Shown piece after piece: positions 24,787 through 36,778 of a DNA stretch of 64,000 bases (position 1 is the first letter of the stretch; each line of letters starts with the position of its first letter). Under the pieces are notes generated by a model. It was not told the DNA's origin and did no database searches. It worked only from the letters and a program-made list of their open reading frames with translations. Both the position numbers and the translations under genes were made by a program. Origin of the DNA: Octopus vulgaris (taxonomy: Eukaryota); the NCBI GenBank assembly GCA_951406725.2, contig OX597837.1:2976001-3040000 (forward strand), in the 5' to 3' direction.

Positions 24787-25801
24787 TAAAGATAACAAAA
24801 CCATGAAGCATTTTGTTTGGTGTATTATCTATTCTGCCAACATGCTGCCTTAATTTTAACGAAAGATAACGTGAGGTTATCCTGTACTGAAAAGATATCA
24901 TTTTGTTAGTTAGTTATTTCCCCCCCTACTTTTCAGGAGGAATTCGAATTACCAAAGCACCGCCGCCAAGCCACTGGCGCCTTCGACTTTAATCAGCGCC
25001 TAACTGTTAATCTGTTATAAAACCATATTATCATGTAATACTTCTTTGTGTAATACCGCATCTACAGGCCATATACTGTACAGATATAAATAACTAAACA
25101 TCGTCATATACCAGTCTTCCCACTGGCTTTCCATATCTCGACATAGAGTGATTTCCCTTCTAAGCCACAACACCTGATCGATAACCTAATCGATAACCTC
25201 AATCTATTGACCTATAAACTCAATTGATGATGAATACCCAACAAAGAATTATATTATGGTTAGTAATATAGCTGAAATACTTTTATTTTCTAATTTGCTG
25301 ATTTAACATAACGTTTTCTATTAACGATTTATTTAATATGTATTGAAGACGGAATCACCTTCCTTCCGTAACATTTTTAATTTTATATTCTAACTAAAAA
25401 TTTCTCCGGAATCCTGTGTTTTAAACAACACCAGGAAATATAATATTGAAAACAAAATTTTTTAAAAATTTCAATTGCACTTTGTTTTTCGTTTAACAAT
25501 TTTTGATACCCCCAATTCAAAAATATAAAAACTGATCGTGAGTTTAAATATTCCGTCACTTTTACGAACGGAAAAAACAAAAATCATATATTTCTTTATT
25601 GCCCACAGGAGGCTAAACATAGAGGGGACAAACAAGGACAGACAAAGGGATCAAATCGATTATATCGACTCCAGTGCACATATGTAGGTGTACGTGTTTG
25701 TTTCTTGTCTTGGCATCATGCTAGTTGCAAATGAGCAGTACCAGTGGTGTTCGTTTTCATCCTTCCATGAAAACATATCAGGCTATAAGACAATATTATC
25801 T

Positions 25802-26215
25802 GGATCTTTTCGGTTTGAACGGCAGTTTTTTCTAGCGGTGTCATATGAAATTGTCACCCATAATTATGACCTTAGTATCGATCTATTGCATTTCAATCTG
25901 TTTTATGGTTAGGGGTGGGGGGAAGGGTATCTTTTTTTCTTCACAATTGTAAATAAACCCAATCTGTTTTTTAAACGAGGGACATATTCATACTGCACAG
26001 AATGTTTTTAAACCACAATAGATGTCAGTGATTGGTTGAAATTGCAGAAATTGAAGAAAAAAAAACAACAAATATCTTACAAACCATAGAATTTTCTCAA
26101 TAAAGCCAAGAGAAAAAAGATGTTTTATAAACACATTCTACCAGTATATGAAGTTTAAAAGTGTTTAGTTACCTAGAAATTATGTTAAAAACTGCCGTTC
26201 AAACCGAATAGATCC
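25802..26215. mobile_element. MITE family M1
   Basis: TIRs and perfect TSD tattatct. Confidence 0.88.
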
Positions 26216-26746
26216 TATTATCTTACTTGTAAATAAGTGAAGATTGGCAACATAAATGCATCCAGCCATAATAAATCTGCCTTATTGAATTCTATTTGAC
26301 CCATGCATGCATGGAAAATTGTATATCAAAACAATGATGATAGTAATGAAGATTTGTGCATATTTTGTCTTTGTCTAATGTTAAGTCTTACACTGTCATA
26401 TTTTCTTGCTTTACAGTTGTGTTACTTGGACATTCTAATGTAACCTGTAGTAGAAGACTATCATTTCTATGAGAACATCTGCTGCCAGTTATTTATGAAC
26501 TCTCTATATTCTCTAGCCTACATAACATCCATTGACATTTATTAATCTAAATATAAAAGTCTTTTTGTTTACATCAGTGTGAGAAGATTCAACTAGTCTC
26601 TGTGGTAAGTAGAAAATATATCTACATTACATATTTCCTGCACAGCTAAGCAAAGGCTTAAGATATTGAAGGCAAGGAACTGAACCACAGCTGAGTATAT
26701 ACACACAAACATTTCTCTGCTTTTAAGAATTTCATCAACACTTAAT

Positions 26747-27559
26747 ATGGAGGGTGTCGATCCCTTGAACACTTCAAATATAACTGTTTTTGCCCGTAAA
26801 GATACAGCTTCGCAAACGTGCAGTGATGAGGAAAGCTTGTGTGATGAAATGTTTACTACTAAACGAATATCGTTACACAGGAACACGTGCAAATATCGTT
26901 GTGGGATCTGTAGGAAAATATTCTCCTCAAAACAAGAAGTCTTTGCACACAGAAAAATACACAATAAGGAAAGATCTTGCTACTGTGAGATATGTGGAAA
27001 ATCTTTTGGGAATAGATCGGATCTTGTTATCCACAAAAATAGTCACAATGAAGAGAAACCCTTCCACTGTGGAATTTGCGGGAAAGCTTTTTTCTCTAAC
27101 AGTAAATTAACACGACATAAAATAGTTCACAGCGGAGAAAAACCGTTCCATTGTCAAATCTGCGGAAAATCTTTCACGCAAAATTCAAATCTTATTATTC
27201 ATAAACGAATACACACGGGGGAAAATCCATTTCACTGTGAAACATGTGGAAAGGCTTTCATTAACAATTCAAGCCTTACGATCCATGTTCGTAGCCACAC
27301 GGGAGAGAAACCATATTACTGTGAAACATGTGGTAAATCCTTCGTGGATAACAGCAATTTGACAAGACACAAACGAATCCATACTGGGGAAAAGTTTTTC
27401 CACTGTCAAACGTGCGGAAAATCTTTCATTGAAAACTCTAAGCTTACGATCCACATACGCAGCCACACTAAAGAAAAACCGTATCAGTGTGAAATCTGTG
27501 GAAGATCATTCTCTGTTAACTCCAGTCTTGTTGTCCACAAACGGGTTCACACCGGATAA
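26747..27559 (+). CDS. C2H2 zinc-finger protein (ZNF-4), 270 aa, 8 fingers
   Basis: ATG-initiated ORF with 8 CxxC..H..H units. Candidate acceptor ttgctttacag at 26416. Helix residues (NSxL-rich) and leader differ from the other five genes. Confidence 0.9.
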   Translation: MEGVDPLNTSNITVFARKDTASQTCSDEESLCDEMFTTKRISLHRNTCKYRCGICRKIFSSKQEVFAHRKIHNKERSCYCEICGKSFGNRSDLVIHKNSHNEEKPFHCGICGKAFFSNSKLTRHKIVHSGEKPFHCQICGKSFTQNSNLIIHKRIHTGENPFHCETCGKAFINNSSLTIHVRSHTGEKPYYCETCGKSFVDNSNLTRHKRIHTGEKFFHCQTCGKSFIENSKLTIHIRSHTKEKPYQCEICGRSFSVNSSLVVHKRVHTG

Positions 27560-27990
27560 GACTATCTTGTAAAATATGTGGAAAGTTTTTCATCATCATC
27601 ATCATCGTTGTTTAATGTCTGTTTTCAATAATGACATTGGTTGGAGTGTTTGACAGAAGCTGGCTAGGCTCCAATTGTCTGTTTTGGCATGGTTTTTACA
27701 GATAGATGCCCTTCCTTATGCCGACCACTTTACAGTCTGCTGGTTGCTTCTTATGTGTTACCTGCATGACTGTATTGTAAGTGTCACTGGCACAAATGCA
27801 TTTTACACAGCACCAGCACAAGTGCATCCTACATGGCACTGGCGTGAGTATTTTATGGCACACCGGCACCTGCTAGTAGCAAGTCAGAAACTGACTAAGA
27901 GGCCTGAATCCTGCGCGAATAGATGTCCATTATATGAAGAAATTACAGCAAATGGAATTTGTTGGAAACACGCTCTTAATATCACTATAT

Positions 27991-28405
27991 AGGCGCAGGA
28001 GTGGCTGTGTGGTAAGTAGCTTGCTAACCAACCACATGGTTCCGGGTTCAGTCCCACTGTGTGGCATCTTGGGCAAGTGTCTTCTGCTATAGCCCTGGGC
28101 CGACCAATGCCTTGTGAGTGGATTTGGTAGATGGAAACTGAAAGAAGCCTGTCGTATATATGTATATATATATATATATATATGTATGTGTGAGTTTGCG
28201 TGTCTGTGTTTGTCCCCCTAGCATTGCTTGACAACCGATGCTGGTGTGTTTATGTCCCCGTCACTTAGCGGTTCGGCAAAAGAGACCGATAGAATAAGTA
28301 CTGGGCTTACAAAGAGTAAGTCCCGGGGTCGATTTGTTCGACTAAAGGCGGTGCTCCAGCATGGCCGCAGTCAAATGACTGAAACAAGTAAAAGACTAAA
28401 GAGTA
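27991..28405 (+). mobile_element. SINE family A
   Basis: Near-identical to 2557-2953. Confidence 0.88.
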
Positions 28406-29089
28406 TAATAGAACAGGTAGCAACATAATTTAATCCATGTGGCCACTGTGCTAAGGAGTAGACAAGTAATGACAGGTTGAGAGAGATACCTGAATACCTG
28501 ATATTTCCCTCTGGCAAAACTTAATAAGTATACAACACATTCCTTGGATAATGGAACAGTACAGTACCTTCAATGATTCTACAAAAAAAAATAATTGTGC
28601 GTCTCCTTGTCATAAATCTTTGTGTTACCCTACCCTACCCTGATGTAATCTCCAGGGATACAGGCATCCAGCAACAGGACCTCTGTAATGCTATGACGAA
28701 CCGTGAAGTCGGTTGAACAATGATGAATGATGATGTTACCATGTGTAGCAACCACGATTGAAAACCCGCCATTCTACTTCGTAAAGGTAATTGTAAGTAC
28801 ATCCTGAATTCAATAAAACTATACACACAGTTTTATATATCAGCACACACTACACATGAATATATACACAAAGCGAATTTAAATCATACTGTGTTCTTTT
28901 TCGCTGAGGCATTGCAGTGAGTATTGTGCGCACATTATAAACACACCAACCATTGACTTCTTACATCTCTTGATTGTACATATAATTGTATCTTTTTGGA
29001 TACACACATACAATGAGGAAAGCAGGAACAGTTAACAACAATAGCAACAAAAAATAAAACATCTTATTTATCTCCCTAACAAGCGTGCT

Positions 29090-29690
29090 ATATCTTCACA
29101 TATATTGCGGGGGACTTCAATTTCCCTGAGATTGACTGGGAGGCCTTCTGTTGGCCACAAAGTGCAGACGATTTCCTTGAACTGGTGCTGAATTGAAACT
29201 GGTCCCAAGTCGATAGCTCCCCCACAAGGGGTAACAATACTTTGGATCTGCTATTTACCGCTTCTCCTGAAACAATTATTAGTGTCACCACTGAAGAACC
29301 TTTAGGTGACTCTGATCATTCCATGATCATGGCCAACTTGTCTCTGATTGGTTGTAACAAAAACCACAACCATCTTCAAACTGCCTGCTTTGGAATAAAG
29401 CAGACTGGAACCCTTATTGTACCAAGCTGCAATGCCCAAACTGGCTCGAATTTTATGCCTCTGGAGATGTGAACACTATACTTCAGAACATTCTGAATTC
29501 AATATGGACGGCACGTGCAGCATCGGTACCACGCAAACACAAAAAACTACCCAATAGTGCGATTTGGGAAACTGCAGCAGTCCGACTTGCCAGGAAAGAA
29601 TGCCGTAATGCTGAACACAACTACTGAATGCACAAATCAGAGATCAACAGGAAAAAGTGCTTTACAGATCAGTAAAACCTGAGAAATCCT
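29090..29690 (+). mobile_element. Decayed CR1-type LINE, APE endonuclease region
   Basis: Translation IAGDFNFPEIDW...PTRGNNTLDLLFT...LGDSDH, with stops and frameshifts. Confidence 0.8.
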
Positions 29691-30049
29691 TCAAATTCAA
29701 ACTCAGTCCACCAAAGAGTTTGCTTTAAAGATCTTCTTTTATCATGGTAAAATCTAGTGGAATCATTCTCTTTGACATCTCATCTTGTCGTTTACAAATG
29801 TGTTCTTAGTTGCGAAAAAACCTCTTCACTGAATTCTTTGGGAAATCTTTAATTGTGGATTATAAACTTTAAGTTTGTAATGAATATAGACTGGACAAAT
29901 AAATTCATTAGTGTGGGACACATAAAGGAATCGTTCAGAGTAAAATAAGACTACACTTATAGCCTACAACTGAATACAGACTGGACATCTCTTGTATGTA
30001 ATATAATGGAAATCATTCTTAGGGTTTAGGTCTGATAATCCTGGATAAA

Positions 30050-30346
30050 AATCTATTCACTCAATAATAAATCTCTGAACGAGATGTAAACAGTAACTGC
30101 ACGACAATGTAAGGTATACTAGCCATCTCAATATGGCTAACCACTAAGGGTGGGTGTTACTGTAGCTTTTAGCCCCAGGAGATCATCGTCTCCAGCTGAC
30201 TTTAGGCACACTTTCTAAGGGCACAGAAAGTGTGCCTAAAGTCAGCTGGAGACGATGATCTCCTGGGGCTAAAAGCTACAGTAACACCCACCCTTAGTGG
30301 TTAGCCATATTGAGATGGCTAGTATACCTTACATAATCTATTCACT
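30050..30346 (-). mobile_element. Fold-back insertion: perfect 110-bp inverted repeat plus 45-bp tail, 12-bp TSD
   Basis: Arms 30107-30216 and 30225-30334; aatctattcact duplicated at 30050-30061 and 30335-30346. Confidence 0.8.
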
Positions 30347-30667
30347 ATTTGTCATTAAAGTTTCTTACTGAGGCATAAAGTACTTTAAAAATAAAGAGGT
30401 AAAATATTATCAAGTGAAATTTGTTGGAAGTTATATTCTCATTCAAAACTCATGTTGTTAACCATAAATATATGTATGGATGCTGACATGACTGTGTGGT
30501 TAAAAAGTTTGCTTCCCAACTACTTGGTTCCAGGTTCAATCTCACCATTCAGCATCTTGGGTAAGTGTTTTCTGTTGTAGCCTGAGGCTGGCCAAATCCT
30601 TGTAAGTGGATTTGGTGGGCAGAAACTAAAAGAAGCCTGTTTTATGTGTGTGTGTGTGTGAGTTGGT

Positions 30668-30963
30668 GTTGTTGTTTGTTCCTTCTCGAGCCATGCCTGG
30701 CTCATAAGGGCCGGTTTCCCGGTTTCTTGGCGTATAGGTTCCCCACCTGGACGGGACGCTGGTCCGTCGCCGGTGAGCTGCAAGAAGCAGGAAGAAAGTT
30801 GTGGTGAAAGAGTCAGCAGAAGTTCGCTATTACCTTCTGCTGGAGCCGCGTGGAGCTTAGGTGTTTTGCTCATAAACATACACATCACCCGGTCTGAGAT
30901 TCGAACCCGCAATCCCTCGACCACGAGTCCGCTGCTCTAACCACTAGGCCATCTGCCTCCACC
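30668..30963 (-). mobile_element. tRNA-derived SINE (family D-related) nested in an older family A copy
   Basis: A/B boxes on the minus strand, (AAC)n tail, 10-bp TSD gtgagttggt. Confidence 0.8.
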
Positions 30964-31589
30964 GTGAGTTGGTATTTCCTTGTCTTGACGTCTCATGAAT
31001 TTTGTAAATAAGTGTCACCATCATATAAGTGGTCTCCTTCATTTCCCATCTTTCGTGTAAAACATGTCCAGCTATCAGGGTAAAAATGTCCTTACAGGGA
31101 CACAGGTGAGGGTCGGTGATAGCAAGGGTACCTATCTATAGAAAAATCTGCTTCAACATATTCTATCCAATATAATTGTTTGGCGTTAGGAAGGGCATCT
31201 AGCTGTAGAAACTCTGCCAGATCAAGATTGGAGCCTGGTGCAGCCATCTGGTTTGCCAGCCCTCAGTCAAAATCGTCCAACCCATGCTAGCATGGAAAGC
31301 GGACGTTAAACGATAATGATGATGATAATATGCAAGTATAGAAAAGTAGATGTTAAAATGATGATGATGATGATGAAAGTGATGGTGAAAAGAGAAGGAA
31401 AATGTTGAGATGATTTGTTGAAAATATTCTTTTATAAACAGAAATAAAAAGAAGCAATTTTGAAGAAACTCGTGTAAAATCTTAACATTAAGATTTCTGA
31501 CAAAAAATACTCTTACGTAAATTAAAATCATCGTCTTCGTTTTAGTGTTTACTTTTTCCTGCTTGCCTGGGTCAGACAAAATTGGTTGA

Positions 31590-32048
31590 GGCAGATGGAC
31601 ACATTGAAACTCCGACGTCTGGCAGCTGACTTGGCAGAAACCCATAAAATTATCAACCATCTTACAAACAATAACTCTGAGCACCTTTTCAAACTCCACC
31701 CGTCTAACACCTGTGGACATATTTACAAAGTCAGAAAACAGCACAGCTCCCATGACTTTCGGAAACATTTTTTCACGCTAAGAGTTGCTGAAGCATGGAA
31801 CAAACTGCCGGCATCAGTTGTTAGTTGTCGGAGCACTGCATCCTTCAAAACTTCCATACTTCCTGAGATTCGCCAACACTACACCTGATTTTCCCCCCCA
31901 CCCCGTACACACACAAGCGTGTATCTGACTCATACACTGTTCACTTTCCAGACATTTGTACATTACTGCATATGCTTTATATGCACTTTTGACAAGTCGT
32001 GGTGCACCTGAGCACTGTATACAATAATTTCATTATTATTATTATTAT
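31590..32048 (+). mobile_element. CR1-type LINE 3' end
   Basis: LKLRRLAADL...FFTLRVAEAWNKLP...FK ORF2 C-terminus, 3' UTR and (TTA)n tail. Second copy at 36835-37030 (-). Confidence 0.85.
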
Positions 32049-32439
32049 ACATAAATTATTATTATATTATACATTATTATATTATAGCTGTGATACCAGT
32101 GCCAGTGGCACATAAGAGAACCATCCGAATGTGGCCGTTGCCAGTGCTGCCCTGAAGCCCTCTGTGCCGGTGGCACATAAAAAGCACCATCTGATCGTGG
32201 CCGTTGCCAGCCTCACCTGGCCCCCATTCCGGTGGCACGTAAAAAGCACCCACTACACTCACGGAGTGGTTGGCGTTAGGAAGGGCATCCAGCCATAGAA
32301 ACATTGCCAGATCAGACTGGGCCTGGTGCAGCCTTCTGGCTTCCCAGACCCCAGTTGAACCGTCCAACCCATGTTAGCATGGAAAGCGGACGCTAAACGA
32401 TGATGATGATGATGATGATAATACTCTCTCAAAGTACTC

Positions 32440-32860
32440 TGCGTTAAAACACCCAGCGCTATGAGAGCACATGATGCTGAATGGTTCTGATTAGTAACCA
32501 TTCACCCAAACGAGCAGGTGTTGTTATACTTTGCAGCAATCCAGTGATGGAAAATGAGACTGAAACCAGCCACTAAGTATTGGTGGTTGACCCCATTGAA
32601 GACTTTAGATTGATCCAAATTAATAAGGGCTTCACCCATGCCAGCTCCTTTATCAATCCAGTTTATGGTGCATTACTTGAGGCGGAGGTTATAACTAGAT
32701 CTGCTTGGAATGGTGTCAGTTTGCACATCTTTGATCAGTTCCCTGACAACAAATGCCAACATCTTTGCTAACACCTTGGCCAAAATTTTGAAATCTGTGT
32801 TTAGTAGAATTATGGCCTAAAATTTTCCATTTGATCTCCCTTGTTTGGGATCTTTGAGGG
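32440..32860 (-). mobile_element. Decayed L1/Tx1-type reverse transcriptase fragment
   Basis: Minus-strand translation includes LLNTDFKILAKVLA and LINLDQSKVFNGVNHQYL. Confidence 0.75.
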
Positions 32861-32877
32861 TTTACATATAATGAAAT

Positions 32878-33191
32878 GATTAAAAAATATACTGTTGTGT
32901 CTGGGGAGAGTCATTTTCTTTTTGTGCCTTATAATTTAACACTCACCGGTAAAATTTCCACTATTTCTTATTTTTATTTTCCTACAATTTTCGTTGCGTC
33001 TTGCAACCTTTTCAAGACGCAATGAAAATTTTAGGAAAATAAGAAATAAGTGGAAATTTTACCGGTGAGTGTGTTAAATTATAAGGCACAAAAAGAAAAT
33101 GACTCTCCCCAGATACAACAGAATATGCTTCAACACACGAACTCATATAAAGAATCTTGCAAACCAAATCCAAAAACGAGATTAAAAAATA
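32878..33191 (+). mobile_element. Fold-back insertion: imperfect ~110-bp inverted repeat plus ~58-bp tail, 12-bp TSD
   Basis: Arms ~32892-33003 and 33013-33121; gattaaaaaata duplicated at 32878-32889 and 33180-33191. Confidence 0.75.
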
Positions 33192-33359
33192 ATTATACAC
33201 GGTAAACATTAAAAGAGGTAAAGTATATACAGTAACTGACAGTAAGAGAAGAACAAAAGGTGATAATAATATATTAAAAACAAGGTGTCATTATATTGCA
33301 AATATGCTGAAGTGAACTGCATACATCGAAACTGTGGCGAAAAACATAAATATAATTTC

Positions 33360-33769
33360 GGATCTTTTCGGTTTGAACGGCAGTTTTTAAAAATAATTTC
33401 CACGTAACTAAACACTTTTAAACTTCGTATACTGGTAGAATGTGTTCTAAAACATCTTTTTCTCTTGGCTTTATTTAGAAAATTCTGTAGTTTGTAAGAT
33501 AATTGTTTTTTTTTCCTTCAATTTCTACCAATCAATGACGTCTATTGAGGTAAAAAAACATTCTGTGCCGTATGAATATGTCCCTCGTTTAAGAAACAGA
33601 TCAGGTTTATTTACATTTCTGAAGAAAAAAAGATGCCCTTCCCCCACCCCTAACCCTAACCCTAAAACAGATTGGAATGCATTAGATCGATACTAGGGTC
33701 ATAATTATGGGTGACAATTTCATATGACACCGCTAGAAAAAAAAACTGCCGTTCAAACCGAAAAGATCC
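33360..33769. mobile_element. MITE family M1
   Basis: TIRs; TSD ataatttc/ataatttt; internal (CCCTAA)3. Confidence 0.87.
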
Positions 33770-33781
33770 ATAATTTTCGAA

Positions 33782-33924
33782 CCTCATTGTAACGGAATAC
33801 GAAACGACGGCCCAAAATAGTGGAGCTCAATGGACGTTGATGTGTTTACGTCTTTGAGATGAGTTTTTATGGTCTTTGGGAGAAAAGACACAACACACTG
33901 ATTCAGTGCTTACACTTGGAAACG
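33782..33924 (+). promoter_or_regulatory. Putative promoter motif and first exon of ZNF-5
   Basis: cctcattgtaacggaatacgaaacgacggc motif and tggaaacg|gttagt donor, homologous to those of ZNF-1 and ZNF-6. Confidence 0.5.
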
Positions 33925-34413
33925 GTTAGTTGACAATGGTTTGTTTTACTGAAATAATGTGTTTAAATAGTTAGGTTTCATTTAGAGCAGCGGTCGCTAT
34001 TTTTGCACGGATCAAGCGATCACGCACAGAAGGAAACGCAATTAAGGGCATCATATATAATCAAATAATTACATATAGAATACTACACATACACACATAT
34101 CTATATGTATTATATATATGTGAGTGTGTGTGTGTGAGTCTATATATATATATAGTTTTTATTTTCTAATCACTTTCGGAATTACAACAATTGGTGGCTT
34201 GGAGTTTTAACTGCTCTTTCTAGCGAGTCAGGTATCCTATTCTTCGGGTATCTTTTTTGTGAACGTACACTATATTCTTCTTGTACGCAGTAAAGAAATA
34301 TATATTCTTCTTTGAATAATATATAGTCTATTGACTAATTTTTTCTATCTCTCTAGACCACTGGTAACTAAGAATTTTTCTATGAATATTCTTGCTACCC
34401 TAAGATTTTAATT

Positions 34414-34477
<64 letters not shown>

Positions 34478-34479
<2 letters not shown>

Positions 34480-34708
34480 TTCTTTATTACCCACAAGGGC
34501 CTAAACACAGAGGGGACAAACAAGGACAGACAAGCGGATTAAGACGATTACATCGACCCCAGTGCGTAACTGGTACTTATTTAATCGACCCTGAAAGGAT
34601 GAAAGGCAAAGTCGACCTCGGTGGAATTTGGACTCAGAATGTAAAAACAGACGAAATACGGCTACGCATTTCGCCCGGCGTGCTTACGATTCTGCCAGCA
34701 CACCGCCT
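34478..34708 (-). mobile_element. SINE family B
   Basis: Full-length copy between (TA)n tracts. Further copies at 14205-14435, 40755-40986, 47189-47530 and 48333-48562. Confidence 0.85.
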
Positions 34709-35704
34709 TTATATATATATATATGTATGCACACACGTTATAGAACATTGCTGTTCTATAAAGAATTATGCCATTACATCTGGTCAACGATACAACTGGT
34801 TAGTCTAATATATTGTCAGTAAGGGAGCGAATCATAGCCCTCTGTTTTGGCAAGTAGTCCATTGTTTCTGGGTCATTACCCTTCATCGGTACTGGACACC
34901 TGCCTACTACAGAGATATAAGTAGTAGCAATACTAGACGGTAATGTGGGTTTTTTTTTGCCACTATAACATGGCTGTTCTGTAAAGAACTATGTTACTAC
35001 ATTTTAACCCAGGAAAATACAAAAACACCCTACAGTTTGCGCTTGTCAATACTTTAGAAAGTAAATTGAAACGGCATTCTTTCGATATAGCTCGACATGG
35101 TCGAGACATTTCACTTCGGGTATTTGTGTGGGTTGTGGAGTATAGAAATAACGAAATTATGCCAGCAATGTCTGAATTTAAAATTGGATTAAAAAAGCCT
35201 TGCATATTTGTTCTTACCTGTTTCAGGTGTGTATGTAAAATCCGCAAATTTCCAAGCAGAAAGCAGAATCGAACTTTCATTTGCTTCCACGGAAATACCC
35301 GAACTGAAGTGTTTTGATTTTGTCGAGTTATATCGAAAGAATGCCATCGGGCATTCCTTTGATATAGCTTATACAAAGTGGAAGAAGGGTCACTACAAAA
35401 GGTTAATACACACCCTACAGTTCAGTTAAAAGTTAATTTTATATCTAGTTTTTTAGTGTAGAAGTATAGTAAAATATTCATTGCTGAATTTCAGCATTTT
35501 CAACTACATTTTTTATTGTTTTATTTCAAAATATGAGATGACATTGGCATAAAATACTTTTGTCTGTATTTCAGATATTTCATCATCATTGCTTGTTAAA
35601 CAGGACCAATGTAAACTTGGAGAAATTCACCTATTAGCTAGCAACATCATTAGGTATTGACAAAAATCACAGTCTGTTGAAGTATAAAAAAACCGATAAA
35701 CATT

Positions 35705-36006
35705 GCCTTTTTCAAGCCTAGCCAGGCTCATGGGCCCAGTTTCCTGGTTTCTGTGGCGTGTGTGTTCCCCCCAGCTGGACAGGATGCCAGTCCATTGCAA
35801 CGTTACTCAAGAAACAGGAAGAGAGAGTGAGAGAAAGTTGTGGCAAATGAGTACAAAGGGGTCGCCACTACATCCTGCCGGAGCCTCATGGAGCTTTTAG
35901 GTGTTTTCACTCAATAAACACACACAACGCCTGGTCTGGGAATCGAAACTGCAATCCTCCGACTGCAAGTCTGCTGCCTTATCCACTGGGCCATTGCGCT
36001 TCCACT
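35705..36006 (-). mobile_element. SINE family D in the 5' UTR part of the ZNF-5 exon
   Basis: tRNA-like head at 35930-36006; absent from the paralogous ZNF-6 leader. Confidence 0.75.
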
Positions 36007-36097
36007 GTTGATGTATAGGAGAATATATATTTGTAGAAATAAAATATCTAAAGGAAAAGGAGAAAAGGCATCTGTATATATTGGTGAGCATAGAAAT

Positions 36098-36778
36098 ATG
36101 GAAAACAAGCTGAATTATAAAACACAAAGTAAAAAGATTGATTTTTCTGAAACAGCTCACTTAAGAAGTCACAAACATACTCAAACAAGTGAAAAATCGT
36201 ACTGTGATATCTGTGGGAAATTATTCACTCGAAAGAATATTGCAGTTCATAAACGCAGCCACACGGGAGAAAAACCATATCGGTGTGATATCTGTGGTAA
36301 GACATTCTCTCAAAGTTGCGCTGTAATTAAACACAAACGTACTCATACAGGTGACAAACCATATCGTTGTGAGATCTGTGGTAAATCATTCTCTGAGAGT
36401 CATAATTTAAGTAGACACAGGCGTATTCATACAGGAGAGAAGCCGTTTTGCTGTCAAATTTGTGGTACATCTTTTACGCTAAATCATCATTTGACTCGTC
36501 ACAAACACACTCACACAGGAGGTAAGCCATATCAGTGTGTTACCTGTGGTAAATCTTTCTCTCAAAATGTTCATTTAACTAAACACAAACGTATCCATAC
36601 AGGTGAAAAGCCATATTGCTGTGTTACTTGTGGTAAATCATTCTCTCGAAATGATCTCTTAACAAATCATATACGCACTCATACAGGTGAGAAGCCATAC
36701 AATTGCGACATCTGTGGCAAATCATTTTCTGAAAATGGTCCCTTAATTAAACATTCGCGTATTCATAAAAAGCAATAA
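36098..36778 (+). CDS. C2H2 zinc-finger protein (ZNF-5), 7 fingers
   Basis: Open ORF. ATG 36098 (MENKLNYK) matches the ZNF-6 start; an upstream in-frame ATG lies at 36011. Acceptor tatttcag at 35574. Confidence 0.9.
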   Translation: MENKLNYKTQSKKIDFSETAHLRSHKHTQTSEKSYCDICGKLFTRKNIAVHKRSHTGEKPYRCDICGKTFSQSCAVIKHKRTHTGDKPYRCEICGKSFSESHNLSRHRRIHTGEKPFCCQICGTSFTLNHHLTRHKHTHTGGKPYQCVTCGKSFSQNVHLTKHKRIHTGEKPYCCVTCGKSFSRNDLLTNHIRTHTGEKPYNCDICGKSFSENGPLIKHSRIHKKQ

